A DNA stretch of 64,000 bases from assembly GCA_032124675.1 (NCBI GenBank), contig JAQBDA010000095.1, forward strand, positions 594 through 64,593, given 5' to 3'. Positions within the stretch are counted from its first letter, which is position 1. Each line of letters starts with the position of its first letter. This document shows positions 10,608 to 19,635 of the stretch, one piece after another. This stretch comes from Chloroflexota bacterium (GTDB lineage Bacteria; Chloroflexota; Anaerolineae; Anaerolineales; UBA4823). Position numbers and translations under genes: made by a program. The notes under the pieces are model-generated. The model saw nothing but the letters and a program-made list of their open reading frames with translations, ran no database searches and had not been told where the DNA came from.

Positions 10608-12554
10608 ATGCCCATCACCGCCCCTTACGGCTCTTGGAAATCGCCGATCAGCTCGGACTTGATCGTTTCCAGCGATATCAGCCTGGAGCACCCCACCCAG
10701 GTGGGGGAAGATATCTTCTGGATCGAGGGTCGCCCTGCCGAGGGAGGGCGCGAGGTCATCGTGCACCGCACGCCGGATGGGTCCATAACCGACGTGACCC
10801 CACCCCCGTTCAACGTGCGCACCACGGTGCACGAATATGGTGGGCGTTGTTTTGCCATTGACGGCGGCGATGTAAAACATCGCACGGTCTATTTCTCCAA
10901 CTACGCCGACCAGCGCATCTACCGGCAGGTCATCGGGGGTGAACCTCTGCCGCTAACACCGGAAGCAGCCTGGCGTTATGCAGATCCGGTGCTGGACCGC
11001 GTACGCAACCGCCTCATCTGCGTGCGAGAAGACCACACCCGAGAGGGCGTGGAAGCCACCAACACCCTGGTCGCCATCGACCTGGGTGACGGCAGCCAGC
11101 AAACCGTGCTGGTCGAGGGCCGCGATTTCTATTCCAACCCGCGCCTCAGCCCGGATGGGAGCCGCCTGTGCTGGCTGAGCTGGAACCACCCGAATATGCC
11201 CTGGGATGGCACCGAGCTGTGGATTGCCCGGCTGAACGCGGACGGCACTCTTGGCGCGGCCGAGCTGGTTGCCGGAGGGCTCCAGGAGTCGGTCTTCCAG
11301 CCGGAATGGTCGCCGGATGGCAGCCTGTATTTCGTCTCCGATCGCAGCGGCTGGTGGAACCTGTACCGCCAGGTGGACGGGCAGGTGCAGGCGGTACAGC
11401 CGATGGAGGCCGAGTTTGGGCTTCCACAGTGGATATTTGGCATGCAGACTTACGGCTTCGATTCTGCCCAGCGGCTGGTGTGCACCTATACCCACCAGTC
11501 GCGCTGGTATCTGGGCCGGCTGGATCTGACCACCGGGGAGATGACCAGGCTGGATCTGCCCTATCACGACACGCGTGCTTTCCTGGATGTCAGCCCGGGG
11601 AAGGCGCTGTTCGTGGGCGGGTCGCCGACTGAGCCATCCAGCGTGATCCTGCTCGACCTGCAGCGCGGCGAGACACAGGTGCTGCGCCGCTCGAGTGAGG
11701 TAGAACTTGATCCAGGCTACTATTCCATACCGCAAGTGATCGAGTTCCCCACCGAGAATGGGCTTTCCGCCTACGCCAACTACTACCCACCCGCCAACCG
11801 GGATTACCAGGCTCCGCAAGGCGAGCTGCCCCCGCTGCTTGTGCTGAGCCACGGTGGACCGACCTCTGCTGCATCCACCAGGTTATCCCTCAAGACTCAG
11901 TATTGGACCAGCCGCGGCTTCGCCGTGGTGGATGTCAACTACGGCGGCAGCACCGGCTACGGGCGAGCCTACCGCCAGCGCCTGAACGGCAATTGGGGCG
12001 TGGTGGACATGGATGATTGTGCCAACGCGGCCCGCTATCTGGCGGGGCAGGGGCTGGTCGACGCTGAGCGCCTGGCGATCCGCGGCGGAAGCGCCGGCGG
12101 CTATACTACCCTATGCGCCCTGACCTTCCGGGATACATTCAAGGCCGGCGCCAGCCATTTTGGCATCGGTGATCTGGAGCCCTTCGTCCACGACACGCAT
12201 AAGTTTGAATCGCGTTATCTGGACAGCCTGGTCGGTCCCTACCCGGAGAAGAAGGACCTGTACTATCAGCGCTCCGCGATCAACTTCACCGAGCGCATCT
12301 CCTGCCCGATCATCCTGTTCCAGGGGCTGGAGGATAAGGTCGTTCCCCCCAGCCAGTCGGAGAAGATGTACGAAGCGGTGCGTGCTAAAGGCATCCCGAC
12401 TGCCTACCTGCCCTTCGAGGGCGAGCAGCACGGCTTCCGTCAGGCCGAGAATATCAAGCGCTCGCTGGATGCCGAGCTGTATTTCTACTCGCGTATCTTC
12501 GGCTTCGAGCTGGCAGAGCCGGTCGAGCCAGTGCGCATCGAGAACCTGGATTGA
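10608..12554 (+). CDS. S9 family serine peptidase (beta-propeller plus alpha/beta hydrolase)
   Basis: GGSAGGYT nucleophile motif, with downstream D (GLEDKVV) and H (GEQHGF). Start at ATG 10608 after AGGAG. Confidence 0.85.
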   Translation: MPITAPYGSWKSPISSDLIVSSDISLEHPTQVGEDIFWIEGRPAEGGREVIVHRTPDGSITDVTPPPFNVRTTVHEYGGRCFAIDGGDVKHRTVYFSNYADQRIYRQVIGGEPLPLTPEAAWRYADPVLDRVRNRLICVREDHTREGVEATNTLVAIDLGDGSQQTVLVEGRDFYSNPRLSPDGSRLCWLSWNHPNMPWDGTELWIARLNADGTLGAAELVAGGLQESVFQPEWSPDGSLYFVSDRSGWWNLYRQVDGQVQAVQPMEAEFGLPQWIFGMQTYGFDSAQRLVCTYTHQSRWYLGRLDLTTGEMTRLDLPYHDTRAFLDVSPGKALFVGGSPTEPSSVILLDLQRGETQVLRRSSEVELDPGYYSIPQVIEFPTENGLSAYANYYPPANRDYQAPQGELPPLLVLSHGGPTSAASTRLSLKTQYWTSRGFAVVDVNYGGSTGYGRAYRQRLNGNWGVVDMDDCANAARYLAGQGLVDAERLAIRGGSAGGYTTLCALTFRDTFKAGASHFGIGDLEPFVHDTHKFESRYLDSLVGPYPEKKDLYYQRSAINFTERISCPIILFQGLEDKVVPPSQSEKMYEAVRAKGIPTAYLPFEGEQHGFRQAENIKRSLDAELYFYSRIFGFELAEPVEPVRIENLD

Positions 12555-12616
12555 GAGGTATATACACGCTCTCTCCGCGCTCCCTGCGTCCTCTGCGGTG
12601 AGTAATAAGATATATC

Positions 12617-13585
12617 ATGCACATCGATAATGAAATCCTCACTTGGCTGCTCGACGGCGACCCCTCCATCCGCTGGCAGGTGCAGCGCGACCTGCTGGAC
12701 GAACCGCCGCAGGTCTACGGAGCCGAGCGGGAGCGGGTGGCTGAGACTGGCTGGGGAGCGCAGCTCCTTGCTCTGCAGGAGCCGGATGGCAGGTGGGGCG
12801 GCGGGTTGTATTCCCCCAAGTGGATCTCCACCACCTACACCATGCTGGCGCTGCGCATGCTCGGCCTGCCCGCCGATAACCCCCAGGCTCGTGCAGGCTG
12901 CAAGCTATTGCTGGAGCGCGGCCTGTTCCCCGACGGCGGGATCAACTACTCCTCACATGCCAAACATAGCGAGACCTGCATCACCGGCATGGTGCTTTCC
13001 ATCCTGACCCACTTCCGCTACCCCGATCCGCGGGTGAATGATTTGGTAGAGCACCTGCTGCGCCAGCAGATGGTCGACGGCGGCTGGAACTGCCGCTCCT
13101 ACCGGGGAGACACGCACAGCTCCTTCCACACCACGCTCTCCGTCCTGGAAGGGCTATTTGTCTACCAGCAAACCTCCCATCAGGACGCAGCCGCTGTGAG
13201 AGAGGCCCAATCCCGCGGGCGCGAGTTCCTGCTGCGGCATAAGCTGTACCGCTCACACCGCAGCGGTGAAGTGGTCAGCCCGGCGATGACCCGCTTCCCC
13301 TTCCCGCCGCGCTGGCAGTACGATGTGCTGCGCGCCCTGGATTACTTCCAGAGCGTAAACGCCCCGCGAGACGAGCGCCTGGAGGACTCGATCGCCCTGC
13401 TGCTGGGCAAGCGCAAGGCGGATGGTCGCTGGCAGGCATACCGCGGCCCCAGCGGACGGGTCTTCTTCGAGATGGAAAAAGCTGGAAAACCGGGACGCGG
13501 GAACACCCTGCGCGCCCTGCGCGTGCTCAGGTGGTGGCAGGGTAAAAATCAGACCCTAAAGGTCTCCGGGACCTTAAGGGTCTGA
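12617..13585 (+). CDS. hypothetical protein, prenyltransferase/terpene-cyclase-like alpha-alpha repeat suspected
   Basis: Repeated DGxWG / DGGW motifs. No catalytic motif recognised. Confidence 0.55.
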   Translation: MHIDNEILTWLLDGDPSIRWQVQRDLLDEPPQVYGAERERVAETGWGAQLLALQEPDGRWGGGLYSPKWISTTYTMLALRMLGLPADNPQARAGCKLLLERGLFPDGGINYSSHAKHSETCITGMVLSILTHFRYPDPRVNDLVEHLLRQQMVDGGWNCRSYRGDTHSSFHTTLSVLEGLFVYQQTSHQDAAAVREAQSRGREFLLRHKLYRSHRSGEVVSPAMTRFPFPPRWQYDVLRALDYFQSVNAPRDERLEDSIALLLGKRKADGRWQAYRGPSGRVFFEMEKAGKPGRGNTLRALRVLRWWQGKNQTLKVSGTLRV

Positions 13586-13724
13586 TCTATCCATCAACCG
13601 CCCACACCGCTATATCAGCGTCGACGTCCTTTTCGCCGAGTGAACGCGCCACCGAGCTGTGCTGGTGCCTAGCGCGGACGAAGTTGCGTCCCCAATCTGG
13701 ACCAGAAAGTCGTATCTGCCCGTC

Positions 13725-14240
13725 CTATCCAAACAGGGAGCCGATGCCTCCGAGCACTATGCCGATCAAAGCGTAGCCGATCGCCACCACGATAAAGCCG
13801 ATCACGATGGTGAAGAAGGCTTTCATATTATCCAGGTCCAGGCCCTGGCGTACTGCCACGAACCCGGCCGCCAACGTCCAGATTAGCCCGACGATCCAGC
13901 CGATGCAGGGGATAATGCTGATGAATTGTGGGGCATAGGCGAAACCGATCACGCGCAGCATCTCGCCAACGGTTGCCTGCCCTTTGAACAGGGCCGTCCC
14001 GACGAAGTAAGTCACCACCGACCACAGTAGCCAGCCGACAAATCCCCAGATCAGGGTTGAGATAAAGTTGCCGATAAAGCCGCCTCCGCCGATGCTGGAG
14101 CCGATTCCGCTGCCCAGTGCGGAGATCAAAGCAACAATGGCAACGATGATCAATGCCTGGGTGGTGGCGTTCTCGTCGTGCTCGATCTCTTCGAATGTGT
14201 TGGAGTCCAGCTTTAATACGCCCAGGATACGGTTGAACAT
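13725..14240 (-). CDS. Yip1 domain membrane protein
   Basis: Short cytosolic N-terminus followed by about 5 hydrophobic helices, the typical Yip1-family architecture. Confidence 0.65.
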   Translation of the reverse strand: MFNRILGVLKLDSNTFEEIEHDENATTQALIIVAIVALISALGSGIGSSIGGGGFIGNFISTLIWGFVGWLLWSVVTYFVGTALFKGQATVGEMLRVIGFAYAPQFISIIPCIGWIVGLIWTLAAGFVAVRQGLDLDNMKAFFTIVIGFIVVAIGYALIGIVLGGIGSLFG

Positions 14241-14380
14241 GGCATTCTCCTTATGTAGAAATATGTTCTGCTTATAGACATATCAACCCTATAATGGTCT
14301 TTGGGTTACGGGAAACCATAATTTCATAATTGCAAGCAGCCGGCCAGCTTATATGGTCACATCTTCCTGATCTGGGGTGA

Positions 14381-14424
14381 GATTGCTTCGCGAAGCATAC
14401 TTCGCAAAGATCGCTCGCAAGGAC
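14381..14424. repeat. fragment of REP-like palindromic element
   Basis: Contains the palindrome GCTTCGCGAAGC and the 15-nt string TCGCAAAGATCGCTC, which is identical to part of the element at 16949-16986. Confidence 0.4.
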
Positions 14425-14607
14425 GGTGCACAATCAACCCGTGCTCATGCACCCTTTCTATCTTCGCACCCCGCACTCCTCTCCCTGCCCAAATTTCCGG
14501 GTCTCCACCCATCCCTTCGGGTGATGCGCCGCGGCTGATAATTGTCTATACTGGAGTTAACAAGGTATTGATGACATCTCGCACTATTCTTACTGGAGGT
14601 ATATCCC

Positions 14608-15516
14608 ATGTCCAATGAAAACAACCCCCTGACCACATTATCCGACGCCATGGTGGCAGCCGTGGAGGCAGCCGGCGCGGCCACCGTGATGGTCAACGCG
14701 CGGCGGCGCCTGCCTGCCAGCGGCATCGCTTTCGCCGCCGACCAGATCCTTACCGCCGACCACGTCGTCGAGCGGGATGAAGATATCCAGGTCGTCCTGC
14801 CGGATGGTAGCCAGCTGGCCGCATCGGTCGCCGGGCGCGATCCGGGCAGCGACCTGGCCCTGCTGCGCCTGAACAGTGCCGCTGCAGCTCCGGCTGAGGC
14901 CGCCTCCCGGCCGGCACAGGTCGGCCAGCTCGTGCTGGCGTTGGGGCGTCCATCCACAGGCGGCATCCAGGCCAGCCTGGGCGTCGTCAGCGCCATCGGC
15001 GGCCCGCTGCGCTCCGGGCGCGGCGGTCTGCTGGAGCAGTACATACGCACCGACGCCATCCCCTACCCGGGCTTCTCCGGCGGACCGCTGGTGGATACCG
15101 CCGGGCAGGTGGTCGGCATCAACACTTCCGGGCTGGGGCATGGTGCGTCCCTGTCCATCCCGGCCTCGTTGGCCTGGAGCCTGGCGCAGACCCTGACGGA
15201 GCACGGGCATGTGCGGCGCGGCTTCCTGGGCGTGCGCAGCCAGCCGGTGGTCATCCCGGCCGCACAGCAGAGCGCACTCGGCCGTGAGCAGGCCTCCGGC
15301 TTGCTGCTGGTGGGCGTCGAATCGGGCAGCCCGGCTGATATGGGTGGTCTGATGGTCGGCGATATCATCGTCGCTATCGCCGGGCAGGTGGTGGCAGACC
15401 CGGATGAGCTGGTCGCCAGCCTGAGCGGATCGGTGGTCGGGGCACCTACACCGCTCGAAGTTCTGCGGGGCGGCGTTCCGGCGACGGTTACGGTTACAAT
15501 TGGAGAACGGAAATAA
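14608..15516 (+). CDS. HtrA/DegP-like S1C serine protease with PDZ domain
   Basis: Catalytic triad contexts TADHVV, SDLALLRL, GFSGGPL. C-terminal PDZ-like segment GSPADMGGLMVGDIIVAIAG. Confidence 0.85.
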   Translation: MSNENNPLTTLSDAMVAAVEAAGAATVMVNARRRLPASGIAFAADQILTADHVVERDEDIQVVLPDGSQLAASVAGRDPGSDLALLRLNSAAAAPAEAASRPAQVGQLVLALGRPSTGGIQASLGVVSAIGGPLRSGRGGLLEQYIRTDAIPYPGFSGGPLVDTAGQVVGINTSGLGHGASLSIPASLAWSLAQTLTEHGHVRRGFLGVRSQPVVIPAAQQSALGREQASGLLLVGVESGSPADMGGLMVGDIIVAIAGQVVADPDELVASLSGSVVGAPTPLEVLRGGVPATVTVTIGERK

Positions 15517-16205
15517 TGAAAGGGTTAAGCTTACCGGCCGACTTGGACGATGCCATGGCGCAGGTGCTCCAGCGCGTGCAGCGCAGCCTGGTGGTGGTAC
15601 ACAATGGGCGCCACGGAGCCGGGGCGGGCGTGATCTGGCGGATGGGCGGCTATATCGTCACCAACTACCACGTTGTGGCGGGGCGCAGCCTTTTCGCCAG
15701 ACCCCAGGTGCGGGTGACCCTGCCGGATGGAAGCGAGCACCCGGCGCGCCTGGTGCACCGCAAGCCCGAGATCGACCTGGCGCTCTTGCAGATCGAGGCC
15801 GGTGACGTGCCTGCGGCGCTGATCGCCGACTCGCGCGGCATGCAGGTCGGGCAGATCGTCTTCGCAGTCGGGCATCCCTGGGGTCAGCGCGGCTCTGTCA
15901 CCGCCGGTGTGATCAGCAGCCTGGGCACAGCCCAGACACACAACGGGCGCGGTCCGGGTAGGTACCGGGAGGTTAAGCACCGTGAGGTTAAGCACCGTGA
16001 GGTGCCAATCATCCGCTCCGACGTGCTGCTCGCCCCGGGCAATTCCGGCGGCCCGCTGGTGAACGCTGCCGGGGGTGTGCTGGGCATCAACACCATGATC
16101 GTCGGCGGTGACCAGGGCGTGGCGATCCCCAGTCATGTGGTGCAAGCCTTTGTGAGCGAAAGTCTCAATGGAGAGAACCATACAGGCAGTACAGGCTATA
16201 TCTAA
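15516..16205 (+). CDS. trypsin-like S1C serine protease (no PDZ)
   Basis: TNYHVV, IDLALLQI, GNSGGPL. Its ATG overlaps the upstream TAA by 1 nt (TAATG). Confidence 0.85.
   Translation: MKGLSLPADLDDAMAQVLQRVQRSLVVVHNGRHGAGAGVIWRMGGYIVTNYHVVAGRSLFARPQVRVTLPDGSEHPARLVHRKPEIDLALLQIEAGDVPAALIADSRGMQVGQIVFAVGHPWGQRGSVTAGVISSLGTAQTHNGRGPGRYREVKHREVKHREVPIIRSDVLLAPGNSGGPLVNAAGGVLGINTMIVGGDQGVAIPSHVVQAFVSESLNGENHTGSTGYI
15969..16003 (+). repeat. 15-bp in-frame tandem repeat (2.3 copies) inside the protease gene
   Basis: GAGGTTAAGCACCGT x2 plus GAGGT, encoding REVKHREVKHREV. Confidence 0.9.
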
Positions 16206-16238
16206 AGATATGGTGGATAGCCGGGACAGGGTGCTGGT

Positions 16239-16886
16239 GTGATCCGGGTGCTGGTGGTCGCTCCCGCCCTGGCAGTGCGTGCCGGTCTGCGGGCGCTGCT
16301 GGGTGAAGAAAGCGATGTCGAGGTGATCGGCGAATCTGCCTGGCTGGGTGATCTGGGCGAGCTGCCGGACGAGCTGGACGTGCTGCTGCTGGTCGACGCG
16401 GCCCTCACCGCCGCGGGCAGCGCCCTTGAGGAACTGGAAGAATTGCTGGGCAGCGGAGCCCCGCCCGCCGTGCTGCTGCTGACCGCCGAGGACCCTGCTC
16501 CCGCCCGCTTGCTGGTGGGTCTGGAGGCCCGCGCCTGGGGAGTCCTGCCGCTGGACTGCTCGGCGGAGGAGCTGCACGCTGCGCTGCTCGCCCTGCACCA
16601 CGGCCTGCTGGTCGGACCGCCTGAGTTGGTGGAGCTATTGCTTACGCCCGGCGTCCGGGATGCTGAGCTGCTCGGTGAAGCCCCTATCGAGGCGCTTACC
16701 GAGCGCGAGCTGCAAGTACTGCAGCTGCTAGCACAGGGTCTGGCGAACAAGCAGATCGCGATCACACTGGGCATCAGCGATCACACGGTCAAATTCCATG
16801 TCTCGGGCATCTATGCCAAGCTGGGCGCTGCCAGCCGCACCGAGGCGGTGCGCCTGGGCGTGCGCCAGGGCTTGATCGTGTTGTGA
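16239..16886 (+). CDS. LuxR/NarL-family regulator with degenerate receiver domain
   Basis: C-terminal HTH LTERELQVLQLLAQGLANKQIAITLGIS.HTVKFH. The N-terminal receiver-like fold lacks the acidic DD pair (VVAPAL). GTG start. Confidence 0.8.
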   Translation: MIRVLVVAPALAVRAGLRALLGEESDVEVIGESAWLGDLGELPDELDVLLLVDAALTAAGSALEELEELLGSGAPPAVLLLTAEDPAPARLLVGLEARAWGVLPLDCSAEELHAALLALHHGLLVGPPELVELLLTPGVRDAELLGEAPIEALTERELQVLQLLAQGLANKQIAITLGISDHTVKFHVSGIYAKLGAASRTEAVRLGVRQGLIVL

Positions 16887-16893
16887 AAGCAAT

Positions 16894-16986
16894 GTCATTC
16901 CGAGCGAAGCGATGAATCCCTATTATCCTATTTGAAAGATGATATGACAGGGATTCCTCGTCGCAAAGATCGCTCCTCGGAATGAC
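16894..16986. repeat. REP/MITE-like imperfect inverted repeat
   Basis: Arms are GTCATTCCGAGCGAAGCGATGAATCCCT and AGGGATTCC..CTCGGAATGAC. A related copy lies at 37062-37198. Confidence 0.75.
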
Positions 16987-17018
16987 TTTCTAAAAGCAGT
17001 ATCGAAATATGATCGTAT

Positions 17019-17055
17019 ATAAAAAACAGCCGTTCTGAATATAGCTCCGGCTGTT
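17019..17055 (-). terminator. intrinsic terminator after hsp20
   Basis: AACAGCCG..CGGCTGTT stem followed on the minus strand by U6AUAUA. There is also a T-rich tract on the plus side. Confidence 0.75.
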
Positions 17056-17079
17056 TTCTCTATATGTTGATTTGTATTC

Positions 17080-17574
17080 TTAGTTCTTGGTGGCGATGTC
17101 CGCCGCCTGGCCTTCGATCATCTGCGGCGAGGTTACGCTGTGGATCTCGATGCGCCGGGGTTTGACTTCCTCGCGCTTGGGCAGGCTGAGGGTCAGCACG
17201 CCGTCTGTGTAGCTGGCTGCGATGTTCTCGCCATCGATGCCGCGCGGCAGGGTGATGCTTCGGGAGAACAGTCCATAGCGGCGCTCGCGCAGGTGGTAGC
17301 GGGCATCTTCTTTTTCCACTTCGCTGCGCAGCTCGCCCTTGATGGTCAGGACGTTGTTGTTGTAGGTCACATCGATGTCTTCCGGATTGACGCCCGGCAG
17401 CGATGCCTCGACCACAAACGCTTCTTCGCTCTCTCTCACATCCAGGGCGACGCCCCAGGTGACGGTCTCGGGCAGATCTTCACCCTCGCCAACGAAGCTG
17501 TCCACCAGGCGGTCCATGCTGCGACGCATGATTGCCATATCACGATACGGGTTCCAACGGGTAATGTATGCCAT
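17080..17574 (-). CDS. Hsp20/alpha-crystallin small heat-shock protein
   Basis: Alpha-crystallin domain (EAFVVEASLPGV..LTIKGE..GVLTLSLPK). Start at ATG 17574 after GGAGG. Confidence 0.9.
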   Translation of the reverse strand: MAYITRWNPYRDMAIMRRSMDRLVDSFVGEGEDLPETVTWGVALDVRESEEAFVVEASLPGVNPEDIDVTYNNNVLTIKGELRSEVEKEDARYHLRERRYGLFSRSITLPRGIDGENIAASYTDGVLTLSLPKREEVKPRRIEIHSVTSPQMIEGQAADIATKN

Positions 17575-17623
17575 TATTTCCTCCAATTAGTTGTTAGTGT
17601 TTTTTAGCAGTCTGTTTATACGT

Positions 17624-17642
17624 TGCAATGTTTACCATTGCA
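17624..17642. promoter_or_regulatory. inverted repeat overlapping the putative hsp20 -35 (candidate operator)
   Basis: TGCAATG-N5-CATTGCA. On the minus strand, TTGCAA-N16-TAAAAA follows. Confidence 0.3.
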
Positions 17643-17723
17643 TCTCTGATGATAATAAATGACTGTTTGAAACACGTTGGAGGAATGTAGGAGGAATATA
17701 AGAGATGGACCTTATAGATAAAA

Positions 17724-18203
17724 CTAATGCACGTGCCTGTGGTCCAGCTCTTCGGCGGTTGCCCAGCGCAGGGCGATCACCTCCACTGAGAAGTCCATCG
17801 TCTTGCCCGCCAGCGGGTGGTTGAAATCCACGATCACGTTCTCCTCGCCCACCTCGACGATATGCGCCTCCATCTCATCGCCGTCTTCGTCTTTCAAGAC
17901 CAGCTCGACGCCGGGATCCAGCGGGATATCGGCCGGGAACTCGGCGCGCGGAATCTCTGCCATGGCGTCCGGGTCTTGATCGCCGTAGCCTTGCTGCGGG
18001 TCGACGGTGAACTGTTTGCTCTCCCCTGGGGCCATTCCGTACAGGTTGCTTTCCAGACCGTCGATGATATGGCCTAAACCCTGGATGAACTCGATGGGTT
18101 CATGCCCTTCGGAGGTGTCGACCACCTTACCATCCACCTTCACTGTATAATTCAAAGTGACGATCACCTCGTCTTCGATCGTCTGCGGTTTACCTGTCTT
18201 CAT
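17724..18203 (-). CDS. slyD: FKBP-type peptidyl-prolyl isomerase, SlyD-like
   Basis: FKBP core with an IF-domain insertion (NHPLAGKTMDFSVEV). AAGGAG RBS. Confidence 0.85.
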   Translation of the reverse strand: MKTGKPQTIEDEVIVTLNYTVKVDGKVVDTSEGHEPIEFIQGLGHIIDGLESNLYGMAPGESKQFTVDPQQGYGDQDPDAMAEIPRAEFPADIPLDPGVELVLKDEDGDEMEAHIVEVGEENVIVDFNHPLAGKTMDFSVEVIALRWATAEELDHRHVH

Positions 18204-18360
18204 AAGCTATACTCCTTCTTGCGTCACTGTGCTAACTGTGCTCCATTAGAAGGGAATTTAGAGCTGCACACTGGATCACGATACTCTGTACTCGAACGAT
18301 GAAGCGCCGGAAATTGTAACATAACGTCACTGACCTTGCACCCCATCTTATTATACGCTC

Positions 18361-19623
18361 ATGTGCCCTGATCCCATCCAAAATGCTGCCAACTGGGGGC
18401 AGGCTGCCCTAGCCTACGCCCGCGCGCTGACTGAAGTGAGCGCCCTTTCCCCTGAGGTACCCGGCCGCGGCTCAGCCACTGAGGCCGAGGCGCGCGCCGC
18501 CCGCTATGTGAGCGAGCGCCTGGCTGAGCTTGGTCTGGCGGATGTACGCCGCATGTCGTTCGAAGGCCTGCGCTCGATCTGGCTCTTCTTGGCGCTGGCG
18601 TTCGGCTTCGCCATCACCGGGCACGTCGCTTATTGGCTGTTGAGGCGACCGCTGGGTGAGCTGCCGGCCTGGCTGTTCTCCAGCGCGGCTTTCGCCTTCG
18701 CTGCCTACCTGATGTGGCGCAAGTTCACCTTCCGCGACTACCCACTGCGCGCCAACCTGCCGCACGGGCCCAGCCAGAATGTGGTCGCCACCGTAGCCCC
18801 TAATGAGGACGTCCGTCAGCGGGTGGTCTTCATCGCCCATCTGGACAGCCACCGCGCCGTATGGTGGTTCGCCACCGATTTCCTGGTGACGCTGTATGCA
18901 GTTGTGTCCCCGCTGGCGGTCTACGGTTTTGTCCTGGCACCCCTGGCATACGGTCTGCGGGCAGCCGGATTATTGTATTCGATCGCCGGACTGGCGGTGC
19001 TTGGCTGGGTCGGGCTGGTCTTCGGTCTACTGCACTTCGTGGCCTGGTTCACCGGCATGACTGCCGACACCGGGCCTTACTCGCCGGGCGCGAACGACAA
19101 TGCCTCGGCCGTGGGTGTAGCCCTGTCATTAGCCGGGCGCCTGATCGCCCAGTCGCTGGCGCAGACCGAGGTCTGGTTTGCCTTCACAGGCTGTGAAGAA
19201 ACCGGCTGTGACGGCATGCGGGCTTTCCTGGACGAATTTGGGGGCGAGCTTTCCGGGGCATTGTTCGTGGATTTCGAGCTGGTCGGGATCGGTGAGCGTC
19301 TGGTCTACCTGCAGAGTGAGGGCGTAACCCGCAGGCGGCGCATCCCGCCTGATGTGGAGGCTCTGCTGCAGCGTGTGGGGAGCCAGTATGATCTGCAGGC
19401 TGTGCCAGCGGGCGGCTTCGGCGCATTCACCGAGACCGGCGTGGTCTGGGAGCGCGGCTACCAGGGTGCGACCTTGCTGGCCCTGCGGGAGGGGTTTGCA
19501 CTGCTGCCGGAATGGCACCGCATGAGCGATACCCCGGACCGCCTGCAGCTTGAGACGCTGGGTCGGGTCCACGAGCTGGCCTGGGCGCTCCTGCAGGACG
19601 TCGATGCCGGTTCGGCTGCCTAA
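18361..19623 (+). CDS. M28 family metallopeptidase with membrane-spanning insertions
   Basis: M28 ligand motifs AHLDSH, GANDNASAVG, FTGCEETGCDG, separated by several hydrophobic helices. Confidence 0.7.
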   Translation: MCPDPIQNAANWGQAALAYARALTEVSALSPEVPGRGSATEAEARAARYVSERLAELGLADVRRMSFEGLRSIWLFLALAFGFAITGHVAYWLLRRPLGELPAWLFSSAAFAFAAYLMWRKFTFRDYPLRANLPHGPSQNVVATVAPNEDVRQRVVFIAHLDSHRAVWWFATDFLVTLYAVVSPLAVYGFVLAPLAYGLRAAGLLYSIAGLAVLGWVGLVFGLLHFVAWFTGMTADTGPYSPGANDNASAVGVALSLAGRLIAQSLAQTEVWFAFTGCEETGCDGMRAFLDEFGGELSGALFVDFELVGIGERLVYLQSEGVTRRRRIPPDVEALLQRVGSQYDLQAVPAGGFGAFTETGVVWERGYQGATLLALREGFALLPEWHRMSDTPDRLQLETLGRVHELAWALLQDVDAGSAA

Positions 19624-19635
19624 TTCATGCCAATT

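Noticed and set aside
13550-13584. Hairpin CAGACCCT..AGGGTCTG overlapping the stop codon of the 12617-13585 gene as a terminator
   Set aside because: The stem is good, but there is no U-tract and it lies within coding sequence. The evidence is too weak to call a feature.
15531-16601. 356-aa ORF antisense to the second protease and the LuxR gene
   Set aside because: It spans two well-supported plus-strand genes and their junction, and has no motifs.
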